From an uncultured bacterium (lineage in GTDB: Bacteria; Verrucomicrobiota; Verrucomicrobiia; Limisphaerales; UBA8199): a DNA stretch of 64,000 nt. The notes under the pieces are model-generated. The model ran no database searches, was not told the origin of the DNA, and saw only the letters and a program-made list of their open reading frames with translations. A program made the position numbers and the translations under genes. The stretch spans positions 480,001 to 544,000 of the forward strand of contig CAVVMW010000014.1 in the NCBI GenBank assembly GCA_963749495.1. The letters run 5' to 3'. Positions 51,009 to 61,129 of the stretch are shown piece by piece (the stretch's first letter is position 1; every line of letters starts with the position of its first letter).

Positions 51009-51157
51009 GTAACTATTCAGGTGTGGGGCAGACCTCTGGTCTGCCGGTTCACGGAGCCTCCGGCTCCGTGTCCCTTGCAGTTGCGAGGCTCGGGGCCAGA
51101 GGCCCCTGCAACCGGCAGACCGGAGGTCTGCCCCACGCGTCCCACCTGAACAGTTAC
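51009..51157. mobile_element. 149-bp MITE with IS66-type ends of element A and internal REP doublet
   Basis: gtaactattcaggtg...cacctgaacagttac; 8-bp TSD gtttgggg (51001-51008, 51158-51165); inner gtggggcagacctctggtctgccggtt / aaccggcagaccggaggtctgccccac. Confidence 0.92.
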
Positions 51158-51205
51158 GTTTGGGGATTGACCTCGGGGTGCTTGGGGTGGCACAATGGAG
51201 GCACT

Positions 51206-52083
51206 ATGAGCAAGTCCAAGCACATGTTCGTTATCGGCAGCGCGGGCTCGGGCAGTTGTTGGGCCGCTGGGAAAAAGTGCCTGTCCGTCCTTGCACTCCT
51301 TGTCCTTCTCCGCAGCGTCGCCTTCGCGCCCATTTGGACGGTGCTCGATACTCCGCAGGATAGCCTTGAAATCCGGCGCGCTGTGGCAGACCGCCACGAG
51401 TTAAAGTCAGTCTTTACCAAATACCAGGAGCTGATCGAGACACGCCTCCGCGCTCTAAAGTACCGAGGACGTTGGCCGGGTCTTTGGGCCTGAGCTTGGG
51501 CCTGTGGGCGGGCGCCCAAGCGACAGGGTCTTGCCGATCTATGTTCCGGCTGGCGTCGGGGTGTCTGGCCTCACGCCCAGCGATAAACCAGACCAGCGGC
51601 ACATAGATCTTCACGCCATAGGCGACATTGGTTACGCTGAGTTCTACTACGGCTATGATGGCGAGAGCGTTGACGCTGTGGTCCTGTACCACCGTGCAGG
51701 CCGCGCTGCCTCTGGGTTCGAGCGCGCCTTCGTTCCACTCCAGTCCACGAACGATTTCGGCGCTCGTCTGGGCTGGGATCTCGCAGAGTTCCGGGACATA
51801 AAGCGATGGTTGAATGAGCACTTTCCAAAGACAACAGACCTCGGGGTGGTCGAGATCCCGGTACTACATACAGGCTCGCGTTCACCTACGGGAAGGCGAG
51901 GATTGTTTCGTGGGCGGAGGCCCCTCGCCACCAGGCGACTTTTGGGTCTCGGTGGCGCCTGGTCCTTCCGGTAGCCCGGAGGCAAAGAAGTTACTTGCGT
52001 GGCGCGTAATCCGCCATCCGGGCCAGGAGGTCGTGTTTTCGGCCTCTGGGAGGTTTTACTCATTCACGCCGAAGTTCAAGTGA
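51206..52083 (+). pseudogene. Hypothetical exported protein broken into three frames
   Basis: Protein-like segments in ORFs ending 51493, 51974 and 52083; TTGACC-N18-CACAAT promoter upstream. Confidence 0.5.
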
Positions 52084-52164
52084 GGGAGTGCCCATGGGGG
52101 GTGCCCCATGTGGGCCCGGCGATTATGTGGTTGCCACACTGGTGGGCTTGGACATATTCCTCCC

Positions 52165-52956
52165 ATGCGGAAGCGGGTTTACATCGTGGTTGCGGCGCTG
52201 CTGATCGCCGGGATCGGGGTGGCGATGTGGGCGTCAACCCACGAAAGGGATCCGGGGCCTGCCTACAGAGGTAAAACTCTGGGCTACTGGCTTCGTTCCA
52301 TGGTAAACGCCAAGACGGTTATGGAGGCAAACGCCATTCAGGGCAGCGATCTGGACTCAAACTCGATCCCCGTGCTGGTCCGATTCATGGAGAAGCCCGC
52401 CGGCCCTCTAGGCCGCTGCTACGGCAGGGCGTGGTGGAAGCTGCCTCGCTGGCTCCAAGAACGCTTGCCGCGCCCCGTCAATGGCACCCGAGTTCGACTC
52501 CGGGCCATGTTCTTATTGGGCCAGATGCGGGAGAAACCGAAGCCTGCTGTTCCCGCCCTCCTCCGGATTCTCACAGGAGACAGGGAACTCGATCTGAGGG
52601 TTAATGCTCCGTTGGTCTTGGTGAGATTCGTCAAGGAAGATCCAGCGGTTATGGCAGCCATGGTCGAAGCACTCCACGACAAGGAACCTTTGGTCCGCAA
52701 TAGCGCAGCATGGGTTCTTCGAGAGCTTGTGAATGATCATACGGCGGTGGTGGTCGAAGCACTCAACAACTCGGATGTTTGTGTCCGTAACCACGCTATG
52801 GTGGCTCTGCTAAACTCTAAATTGTCCAGACCAGAGGTCGCGGCCGCTGTGCGCAAATGCCTTGCCGATCCGGACGGCGGAATTCGGAGGAGCGCGACCA
52901 ACCTGTTCACATCTTCTGGCCTGTTTCGCTACATTACGAACGCCCCCGGTCCGTAG
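52165..52956 (+). CDS. Membrane-anchored HEAT-repeat protein
   Basis: N-terminal TM, P.YRGKTLGYWL, AVPALLRIL..., EALHDKEPLVRNSAA. Confidence 0.85.
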   Translation: MRKRVYIVVAALLIAGIGVAMWASTHERDPGPAYRGKTLGYWLRSMVNAKTVMEANAIQGSDLDSNSIPVLVRFMEKPAGPLGRCYGRAWWKLPRWLQERLPRPVNGTRVRLRAMFLLGQMREKPKPAVPALLRILTGDRELDLRVNAPLVLVRFVKEDPAVMAAMVEALHDKEPLVRNSAAWVLRELVNDHTAVVVEALNNSDVCVRNHAMVALLNSKLSRPEVAAAVRKCLADPDGGIRRSATNLFTSSGLFRYITNAPGP

Positions 52957-53748
52957 CGATGGCTTTCTTGAGCCTCAATTAGGCGCGGCTGGCCTGGGAA
53001 GGGTTCGGGGGACAATCCAATTCGCCGGGGTCGGGACCGGCTTTTACCCGCATTCCCGCCCGCCAGTCCTGACGAGCGTCACTCTGCGACTGGACTACTG
53101 GCCGTTGGCGACCCGAGCCGCCAGGATGGCCTGGACTTCCTCCTCCGTGATCCCGAGGGACTTGAGCAGTTCGGCCCGGTTGACCGCCTTGGGCGACACC
53201 TTGGGCTTGATGAATTCACGGAAGCCGCCCCCTCCATCAAGCGCCCCATGTACCGCAAAGGCTGGGACGACATGCTGAAGGCGTGGCAAGAGACCGGAGC
53301 AAGTGTTCCATTCCGTTTCTTTTTCGCCGCACAGTCCGCATGGCCCGCGTGGTCTTTGGACGCGGAAGGCCCAGGTGGGGCAGACTGCGGGCGTGAAAAC
53401 ACGACCGGCTTGTGGAACCGAACGGAAGGGCGCCGAACAGCGGAATGGCGGGGTCGGTGCCGCAAAACCATACATTCTGGAGGCGGCTGGCCGGCGGACG
53501 TTCCACAGGCCTCCAAGCCCCCCCACCCTCCACTGGCCACTGCCGACTTAAACCAAATTAAAGCCAGTTAAAGCTTCCCGAATCAAAAAAAAGCACGGTT
53601 TCTGCCACGGCCACTGCCGAGCTCCGGCAGCTTCCGGGCGGGGCCGGCTTCTCCCGACCATGAAATGCACTTTTCGGCCAACCTGATAGGCTTCTCTCTC
53701 GCATACGTCTGAGTTGATTGCTCGCGCGGTGGAGGATTAAATAGAGGT

Positions 53749-54615
53749 ATGAACCTAAGCACACGCAGGACGTTCTTGAGAACAGCCACGGCGGCAGTTT
53801 CGGCCGGCGGCGTGATGGGATGGCGAACCGTCGCCCGAGCAGCGGAAGTGAAACCGCTCATCGCGCGTGACGCGAAAATCATCCACGTGCGCGAACGCGG
53901 TAAAAGCGGAGGGACCACTTCCTATCTGGAGCTCAGCACCGAATCGGGGCTGAAAGGTTACGCCGGGCCGATCGAGAAGGAACAGGCCGCGGGCTTTCCT
54001 GTAAATTTCCGTGACCTGCTGACCGGGCGCAATCTTGCGGACCCCGAGAGGCTCAACTTCGGCACATTTTGGGCGGCGTGCTATCCAGGGAAATCGCTCG
54101 AAAGCTACGCCAACGGGAAAGACCCGCTGACCGGCGCCACCGTATGGGGCGTCACGCGCGCCTCACGCCATACTGAAACGGGCTGGGCAATCACTGCACT
54201 CAGTGCGATGGAGTTGGCGCTCTGGGATTTGCGGGGCAAGGCGGCCGGGCAACCGGTCTGGCGGCTGCTCGGGGGCAAGCGTTCACGGTTGGACGCTTAT
54301 GCCAGCATGCTGGGCTATTCCGTAGTGCCGGCCGAAGCGCGGAAGGCTGCGAGCGCCATGTTTGATCAAGGGTTCCACCGGCAGAAATGGTTCTTCGAGT
54401 ACGGCCTCGCCGACGGAGCCGCCGGCCTCAAGCAGAACATCGAACCAGCCCATGCACTGCGTGAGGAACTGGGGCCGGAGGCGGTACTCATGTTCGATGG
54501 CATCCATTCAGCATTGCCAGACCCGCCCGCTCGTGGCCGAGGCGGGAACCTTGGCGATGCCGGAAGAGCCAGCTTGGGCCCTTCACTGGACGAGGAACGG
54601 ATGGAAAGAGTCTGA
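53749..54615 (+). pseudogene. Tat-exported mandelate racemase/enolase-superfamily protein, C-terminal barrel deleted
   Basis: TRRTFL; ALSAMELALWDLRGKAAGQPVWRLLGG; AYASMLG; QKWFF; LMFD then collapses. Confidence 0.8.
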
Positions 54616-54639
54616 CAGCAGGTCAATGCTGCGTGTAGA

Positions 54640-56451
54640 ATGAAGGCCATGGTACCTGGTCTATTGATCCGCGATCGCCGTACGTTCCTGAAGTCAGCCG
54701 GCCTGGCTGCAGTATCGTTGGCCGCAGGGCAAGCGTGGGCCTGGGCTGCGGAAGCGAGGGCGAGCACGCGAATCACGCTCGTGAATGGCAAATGGCATAT
54801 CAACGGCGAAGTTACCTATCATGGGGCGCCGACAGAGGGGCTGCTGATGAACGTGCGCATGGTCAACGCCGTCTTCGAGGATCGCAAACGGCCGGAGTTC
54901 GACGCGGAGGCAAACACGACGAGGTTTATCGAGAGGCTGCCCGACTACGCCGCGCACGGCGTCCGCGCCGTGACGCTTTGCCTGCAAGGGGGGATGCCCG
55001 GCTACGAGGGCGCGGTCAACTCGGCTTTCGAGCCCGACGGCACTCTACGGTCCGCCTACCTCGCGCGCGTCGAGCGGGCCATCCGCGCCTGCGATCGCCA
55101 CGGCATGGCCGTCATACTCGGGCTCTATTACCAGCGCCAATCGGCCGTGCTGCGCGATGAGGCGGCAGTACGCGCCGGCGTGGTGAACGCCGGGCGGTGG
55201 GTGCGCGAACGCGGCTTTGCCAATGTGCTGCTTGAAATCGCCAATGAGTATCCGCACCGCGGCTTCGTCCACGGTTGCATCCGCGACCCCAAAGGCCAGG
55301 CCTCGCTCATCCGTCTCGCGCGCGAGACGGCGCCCGGGCTGCTGGTCTCGGCCAGCGGCTACGGCGACGGCAAAATCCACGCCGAGGTGGCCGGGGCCGC
55401 CGACTTCCTGCTCCCGCACTGGAACAGCACCCCGCCCGGCCAAATTCCCGCCCGCCTGGCCGCGCTCAGGCAATACGGCAAGGCCATCGTGGCCAACGAA
55501 GACGACAAAACCGGCCCAAACGCCGTCACTGCCTTGCACGCCTGCATGGACCACGGTGCCAGCTACGGCCTGATGCTCAACAAGCACAACCAGACCTTTC
55601 CGTTCCACTTCGACGGCGCCGGTGATGACCCGGTGTTTTACGCCGAGTTGCGGAGGCTCACGACGGTCGCAGATGCCCAGGCTGATTATTGGATTGCAGC
55701 CATGAAAGAGACCCATGCCCGTTTCACCGGCACCCACGGCACCTTCGCGCAGTTTGGTGATTCCATTTCGGTGACGTTGGCCTTTTGGGCGCCGCTGGCC
55801 TGGGAGGCAAAGCACTTGGACCCGCAGGCGGCCCAGGCGTACCAGCGGGTCAAGCAGTACCTGAAACCGGAGTGCTGGAACCAATGGAAGGGACCTCAGT
55901 TCGGCAACCAAGGCTCCATGACCATCCGGTGGGCGATCAACAACATGGACACGTGGCTCAAGACGCTCAACCCTGAAGCGGCGGTGATTCTCTTCGGCAG
56001 CAACGACGTGGGCCAGATGGACGCCTCCGAGTACGAGGCGAAAACCCGTGAAGTCATCCGGCGCTGCCTGGCCAACGGGACGGTTGTGCTGCTCACCACC
56101 ATGCCCCCGCGCAGTGGCCAACTTGAGAAGTCCAGGCAGTTCGCCGAGGTGGCGCGGCGCCTGGCTCGCGAGCTGAAAATCCCGCTGGTGGACTACGAGG
56201 CGGAGATTCTGAAACGCCGCCCCGAGGACTGGGATGGTTCATTGCCCCAATTCAGGGACAGCCCCGGCGACGAGTATCAAGTGCCCACGCTCATCGCCCG
56301 CGACGGGGTGCATCCGTCCAATCCCGCGCCCTGGGTGAGCGACTATTCACCTGAGGGCTTGCAGCACAACGGCTACACGCTGCGAAATTACCTTACGCTG
56401 CTGGCCTACGCGGAGGTGATCGCCAAGGTGCTTGGTCCCGGCGTTCCCTGA
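54640..56451 (+). CDS. Tat-exported fusion: GH5-like TIM-barrel + SGNH/GDSL hydrolase
   Basis: RRTFLK; NVLLEIANE; IVANED; then FGDSIS, FGSND, DGVHPS. Confidence 0.75.
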   Translation: MKAMVPGLLIRDRRTFLKSAGLAAVSLAAGQAWAWAAEARASTRITLVNGKWHINGEVTYHGAPTEGLLMNVRMVNAVFEDRKRPEFDAEANTTRFIERLPDYAAHGVRAVTLCLQGGMPGYEGAVNSAFEPDGTLRSAYLARVERAIRACDRHGMAVILGLYYQRQSAVLRDEAAVRAGVVNAGRWVRERGFANVLLEIANEYPHRGFVHGCIRDPKGQASLIRLARETAPGLLVSASGYGDGKIHAEVAGAADFLLPHWNSTPPGQIPARLAALRQYGKAIVANEDDKTGPNAVTALHACMDHGASYGLMLNKHNQTFPFHFDGAGDDPVFYAELRRLTTVADAQADYWIAAMKETHARFTGTHGTFAQFGDSISVTLAFWAPLAWEAKHLDPQAAQAYQRVKQYLKPECWNQWKGPQFGNQGSMTIRWAINNMDTWLKTLNPEAAVILFGSNDVGQMDASEYEAKTREVIRRCLANGTVVLLTTMPPRSGQLEKSRQFAEVARRLARELKIPLVDYEAEILKRRPEDWDGSLPQFRDSPGDEYQVPTLIARDGVHPSNPAPWVSDYSPEGLQHNGYTLRNYLTLLAYAEVIAKVLGPGVP

Positions 56452-56512
56452 GGCCCAGTGCGCCTCCGCTGGGTCTGAAGCAATACTCGCAATACTCGCC
56501 ATCAATTGTCGC

Positions 56513-58015
56513 ATGAACACTAAACACACCTCCCGTATCGGCCGGCACACCGTGGTGCTCGCCCTGTTCTCCTGCCTCGCCGCCGAGCCTCTCTTCGCCC
56601 AGCAAAGGCATTACCAGGAAGCTCACGTTTACATCACCGCTCCCGGCGCTCCGCCCTCCACCACGCCCGTCTCCCCAGCCGTCGAAGTCGTCCGCCCCAT
56701 GCTCCTGTCCAACCGCGGCTTCCAGACCTTCGAGCCTCTCGAACAGCCTGACGAGCATGTCCCTACCATCATCATAGACGAAAAGAAGACCTTCCAAACC
56801 ATCATCGGCTTCGGGGCCGCGTTCACCGATGCCGCCTCCGCCACTTTCGCTAAACTCCCCATGGACTCCCAGGAGGAGTTCCTCACGGCCTGCTTCGACC
56901 CCGCTAAAGGCAACGGCTACACCCTCTGCCGCACCACGATTCACAGTTGCGACTACTCGGGCGAAATGTACACCTACGACGACACGCCCGGCGATAAGGA
57001 CCTGAAGAACTTCTCCATCGCCCACGACCTCAAAGCCCGCATCCCCTTCATCAAGCGCGCCCAAGCTGCCGCCAAGGGCAACCTCCGCCTCTTCGCCTCG
57101 CCCTGGAGTCCGCCGACTTGGATGAAGAGCAACAACGACATGCTCCACGGCGGCAAGCTTAAGGCCGAATACAGCCAAACCTGGGCTGACTATTTCGTGA
57201 AATACATCCAGGCCTACGCCAGGGAAGGCGTCCCTATGTGGGGCCTCACCGTCCAGAACGAAGCGCTGGCCACCCAGGTTTGGGAATCCTGCATCTTCAC
57301 CGCCGACGAGGAGAAGGACTTCGTCAAGAAGTATCTCGGCCCCGCCCTCGAAAGAGCCAATCTGTCCGATGTGAAGCTCATGATCTGGGACCACAACCGC
57401 GGTCTCATCTACCAGCGGGTCCAACCCGCCTACGACGACAAGGACGCCTCCAAGTACATCTGGGGCGCGGCCTTCCACTGGTACACCGGCGACCACTGGG
57501 ATAACGTGCGCATTGTCCACGATGCCTTCCCCGACAAACACCTCCTCTACACCGAAGGCGGCATCGGTGGCAATTGGCCCGCCGCTCTCCGTCTCGCCAG
57601 GAACGTCATCTACGACCTTAACAACTGGACCGAAGGCTGGGTGGTCTGGAATCTCATGTGCGACCAGGAAGGCGGCCCGCGCCACGCGGGCGGCACGCCT
57701 GGACGCGGTTCCGGCACCATCGTCAACGCCGACATTACCACCGGCAAGCTCTCTTTCAATCCCCCACACTACATCCTCGGCCAATTCTCTCGCTTCATCC
57801 GCCCTGGCGCCAAACGGATTGCCTGCACCTCCACCGCTGACGAGTTTATCGCCACGGCGGCGCTCAACCCCGACGGCTCCATTGCCGTCGTCGTCAACAA
57901 CCTCAAAGACAAAGAGACCTTCTTCCGCGTCTGGCGCAACGGCCAGTCCCTCCGCTACACCGGTCCCCCGAACGCTACCATCACTTTCCTCTTCGAGCCC
58001 GCCAAACCTTCATAA
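56513..58015 (+). CDS. GH30 glycoside hydrolase (glucosylceramidase/beta-1,6-glucanase type)
   Basis: GFGAAFTD; RTTIHSCDYS; ASPWSPPTWMK; TVQNE; WDHNR; FHWY; LYTEG; GQFSRFIRPGA. Confidence 0.93.
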   Translation: MNTKHTSRIGRHTVVLALFSCLAAEPLFAQQRHYQEAHVYITAPGAPPSTTPVSPAVEVVRPMLLSNRGFQTFEPLEQPDEHVPTIIIDEKKTFQTIIGFGAAFTDAASATFAKLPMDSQEEFLTACFDPAKGNGYTLCRTTIHSCDYSGEMYTYDDTPGDKDLKNFSIAHDLKARIPFIKRAQAAAKGNLRLFASPWSPPTWMKSNNDMLHGGKLKAEYSQTWADYFVKYIQAYAREGVPMWGLTVQNEALATQVWESCIFTADEEKDFVKKYLGPALERANLSDVKLMIWDHNRGLIYQRVQPAYDDKDASKYIWGAAFHWYTGDHWDNVRIVHDAFPDKHLLYTEGGIGGNWPAALRLARNVIYDLNNWTEGWVVWNLMCDQEGGPRHAGGTPGRGSGTIVNADITTGKLSFNPPHYILGQFSRFIRPGAKRIACTSTADEFIATAALNPDGSIAVVVNNLKDKETFFRVWRNGQSLRYTGPPNATITFLFEPAKPS

Positions 58016-58033
58016 TTCTTTGAGACCCAAACT

Positions 58034-59749
58034 ATGAATTCAAGAAACCGTGTATTGCTGGCGGTGGGCGTGCTCGTGAGCTGTGGTGTGAGTTCAGTCC
58101 GTGCGGCCCCTGACGGGCCTGACTTCGGTCCGCATGTCCTCATCTTCGAGCCGGCGATGACGAACATCCAGGGCCGGATAGACGCGATCTTCAGCCAGCA
58201 GGAGCGCAGCCAGTTCGGCAGTAACCGCTACGCCTATTTGTTCAGGCCGGGGAAATACAATCTGGACGTGCAGGTCGGCTTTTACATGCAGGTGCTTGGG
58301 TTGGGCAGGTCTCCCGACAATGTGGAGATAAGCGGGGCGGTCCGCTCCAAGGCGCGCTGGATGGCCAACCACAACGCCACCTGCAATTTCTGGCGCTCAG
58401 TGGAGAACCTGTCGGTCATCCCTACACTGGACAGCAACGTCAACGTTTGGGCCGTCTCGCAAGCCACTGCCTTGCAACGCGTCCACGTCAAAGGCGCCTT
58501 GAATCTCTGGGACGGCGGTTGGTCCAGTGGCGGGTTCATCGCTGACAGCCGGATCAACGGCGAGGTGAACTCGGGCTCGCAGCAGCAGTGGTTGTCCCGA
58601 AACGCAGACTGGAGCGGTTGGAAGGGGGCGAACTGGAACATGGTGTTTCTCGGCGTAGCCCATCCGCCGGCCGGGCAGTGGCCAAATCCGCCCTACACCA
58701 TCATCGAGAAGACGCCCTTGATTCGGGAGAAACCGTATCTGTGTGTGGACGGGAACGGTAATTACCTGGTCATGGTTCCCGACCTGACCACGAACGGCAC
58801 GATCGGCCCGGCTTGGTCCACCGCGCCTGCGCGGGGAACGTCGGTCCCCATTGAGCGGTTTTACCTGGCCAAGCCGGATACCGACGACTCGGCCAGCCTC
58901 AATGCCGCCTTGAGCCAGGGCAAGCATCTCCTGCTGACGCCGGGCATCTATCACCTGCGAAGCGCCATCCGGCCAACGCACTCAGGCACTATCGTCCTCG
59001 GTTTGGGTTACCCCACCCTGCAACCGACCAACGGCATTCCCGCCCTGGTGGTGGATGATGTGGACGGGGTCAAGTTGGGTGGGTTACTGATCGAAGCCGG
59101 GGCCACAAGCTCACCGACGCTCGTGCAGATCGGCGAAGCCGGCGCGCGAGTGTCTCATGCGGCGGACCCCATCTGCCTCTGGGACCTATGCTGCCGGGCG
59201 GGCGGCGCGCAGGCGGGCAAGACGGACTGCCTGCTCACGATCAACAGCCACGACACCGTTGGGGACAATTTCTGGCTCTGGCGCGCGGACCACGGGCGCG
59301 GGGTCGGGTGGAATTCCAACGTCAACAAGAACGGGCTCATTGTCAACGGCGACAACGTTACGATCTACGGTTTGTTCGTTGAACACACGCAGGAGTATCA
59401 GACGCTTTGGAATGGCAACGGCGGGAGGGTCTATTTCTACCAATCAGAGCTGCCCTACGATCCGCCCAGCCAAGAGGCGTGGAAGCACGGTGAAGCCAAC
59501 GGTTACGCCTCCTAAAAAGTAGCCGACACGGTGACCACCCACGAGGCCTGGGGCCTCGGCGTTTACTGCGTGTTCTATGCCGCACCCGTGGTCGCCGAAA
59601 ACGCCTTTGAAACGCCCGTTGCCCTTGGAGTGAAGCTGCACCACCTGGTGACCATCCGGTTGGGGGGCCAACGCAACAGCGGCATGAATCACGTCATCAA
59701 CGGCCAGGGGGCGGCAGTGATCACAAATCGGAAGGCGATTGTGGACTGA
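58034..59749 (+). pseudogene. Bacterial GH55 beta-1,3-glucanase with a single in-frame TAA at 59513-59515
   Basis: PDFGPHV; ATCNFWRSVENL; WAVSQA; SGSQQQW; WLWRADHG; GLFVEH; FYQSELPYDPP; GYAS*KVADTVTTHEAWGLGVY. Confidence 0.9.
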
Positions 59750-60029
59750 AACCGACTCATGGCAGGGTCAAGGCCGGTCCCAGCGCAGGATTGCGTTTGG
59801 TACATTCTTCTCGGTGGAACGCCAGGCGTAAAGGGTCTTGCTCTGTGCATTGTAAGCGATGCCGTTGGGCTTGAAGGGAAGGGGTTCGGCGAACTTCGTC
59901 CAGGTCTGCCCTGCATCCTCGGATGATCGATGACGATGGGGTCCGTCGAGTGGTTGCTGTCCTCGAGCAAGGCATCTCCGATCCTCTGGTGCAGACACGC
60001 CTCAACGAGGACGGCTCGGTCGTGGACCA

Positions 60030-60144
60030 GTGACGAACTCATACGCGCCGAGGTCGGGACCGGCGCCCTGGGGCCGCCGGTTGCCATCGAAGTCGGTGTG
60101 GACGCCTAGCTCGACGCCCGCGTCAATGGCGGGGCTGTTGGATT
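60030..60144 (-). pseudogene. C-terminal sorting-type tail (SPAIDAG...DLGAYE) of a gene cut by element B
   Basis: LQSNSPAIDAGV...DFDGNRRPQGAGPDLGAYEF. Confidence 0.75.
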
Positions 60145-60245
60145 GTAACCGTTCACGGGTTTCGACGCATCGCTTGAGCACATGATCTGAGCAGACCGTA
60201 GATTTTGCTGGCGTCACAGAGCGACCCTTGTTAGGGTGCGTGGCT

Positions 60246-61127
60246 GTGGACCAGGATTTAGTGATTAGGCGCCGGGTTATTCGGCAAGCCGACCTGCTGC
60301 TCATCCAACAGTTGATTGAGCAGGAGGGATCCCAGGGACGCAGCCATATTTCCAATCGCCTCTGCGAGATTTGGAACTGGCGACAAGCCAGTGGGCGCTT
60401 TCGTCAGATTGCCTGTCGCGACCTGCTCCGTCGGCTGGAAGCGCGCGGGCTGATCGAGTTGCCTCCCAAACTCCGTGAGGCTCGACGAGCAGGTTATCGC
60501 AATCGAACCTCGACACCCGATCTCCTGGATTGCAGGCCGTTGACGGGCAGGCTGCGAGAGTTCCAAAACCAGATTGGCATTCAGTTAGTCCAGGAATCCA
60601 ACCAGTTGGCCCTCTACCGTGGACTGGTCGGAACGTATCACTACCTGGGCTATCAACAGGCCACTGGAGCGCAACTCAGATATATTGCTTACTTCCAGGA
60701 CCGGCCGATTGCCTGCCTGAGCTTTGGTCCGGCCGCCTGGAAGATCGGGGCCCGCGATCAGTTCATTGGTTGGTCGGCGCAAGCCCGGCAGCAAAACCTT
60801 CGGTGGGTGGTCAACAATGACCGCTTCGTGATTCTTCCCTGGGTTCAAATCAAGTGCCTGGCTTCGCATCTATTGGGCCGGACCGTGCGCCAGCTTCCGG
60901 GCGATTGGTCAAGGGTTTACGGTCATGATCTGGCTCTGGTCGAAACGTTTGTGGAAAAGCGGCGCTTTGCCGGGACAGCCTACGCGGCGGCCAGTTGGAT
61001 TTGCGTGGGGCAAACCCTGGGACGAGGCCGCAATGATCGGACTCACGACCAGGCCGCCCCCATCAAAACGATCTGGCTGCGCCCGTTGCGAGAGGATTTC
61101 CGGTCCTTCCTCTGCCAGGAACAATAG
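60246..61127 (+). CDS. DUF4338 (DruA-like) protein
   Basis: HYLGY...GAQLRY; FGPAAWKIGARDQFIGW; VNNDRFVILPWV..LASH; VETFVE..RFAGTAYAAASW..GQTLGRGRND. Confidence 0.92.
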   Translation: MDQDLVIRRRVIRQADLLLIQQLIEQEGSQGRSHISNRLCEIWNWRQASGRFRQIACRDLLRRLEARGLIELPPKLREARRAGYRNRTSTPDLLDCRPLTGRLREFQNQIGIQLVQESNQLALYRGLVGTYHYLGYQQATGAQLRYIAYFQDRPIACLSFGPAAWKIGARDQFIGWSAQARQQNLRWVVNNDRFVILPWVQIKCLASHLLGRTVRQLPGDWSRVYGHDLALVETFVEKRRFAGTAYAAASWICVGQTLGRGRNDRTHDQAAPIKTIWLRPLREDFRSFLCQEQ

Positions 61128-61129
61128 CC

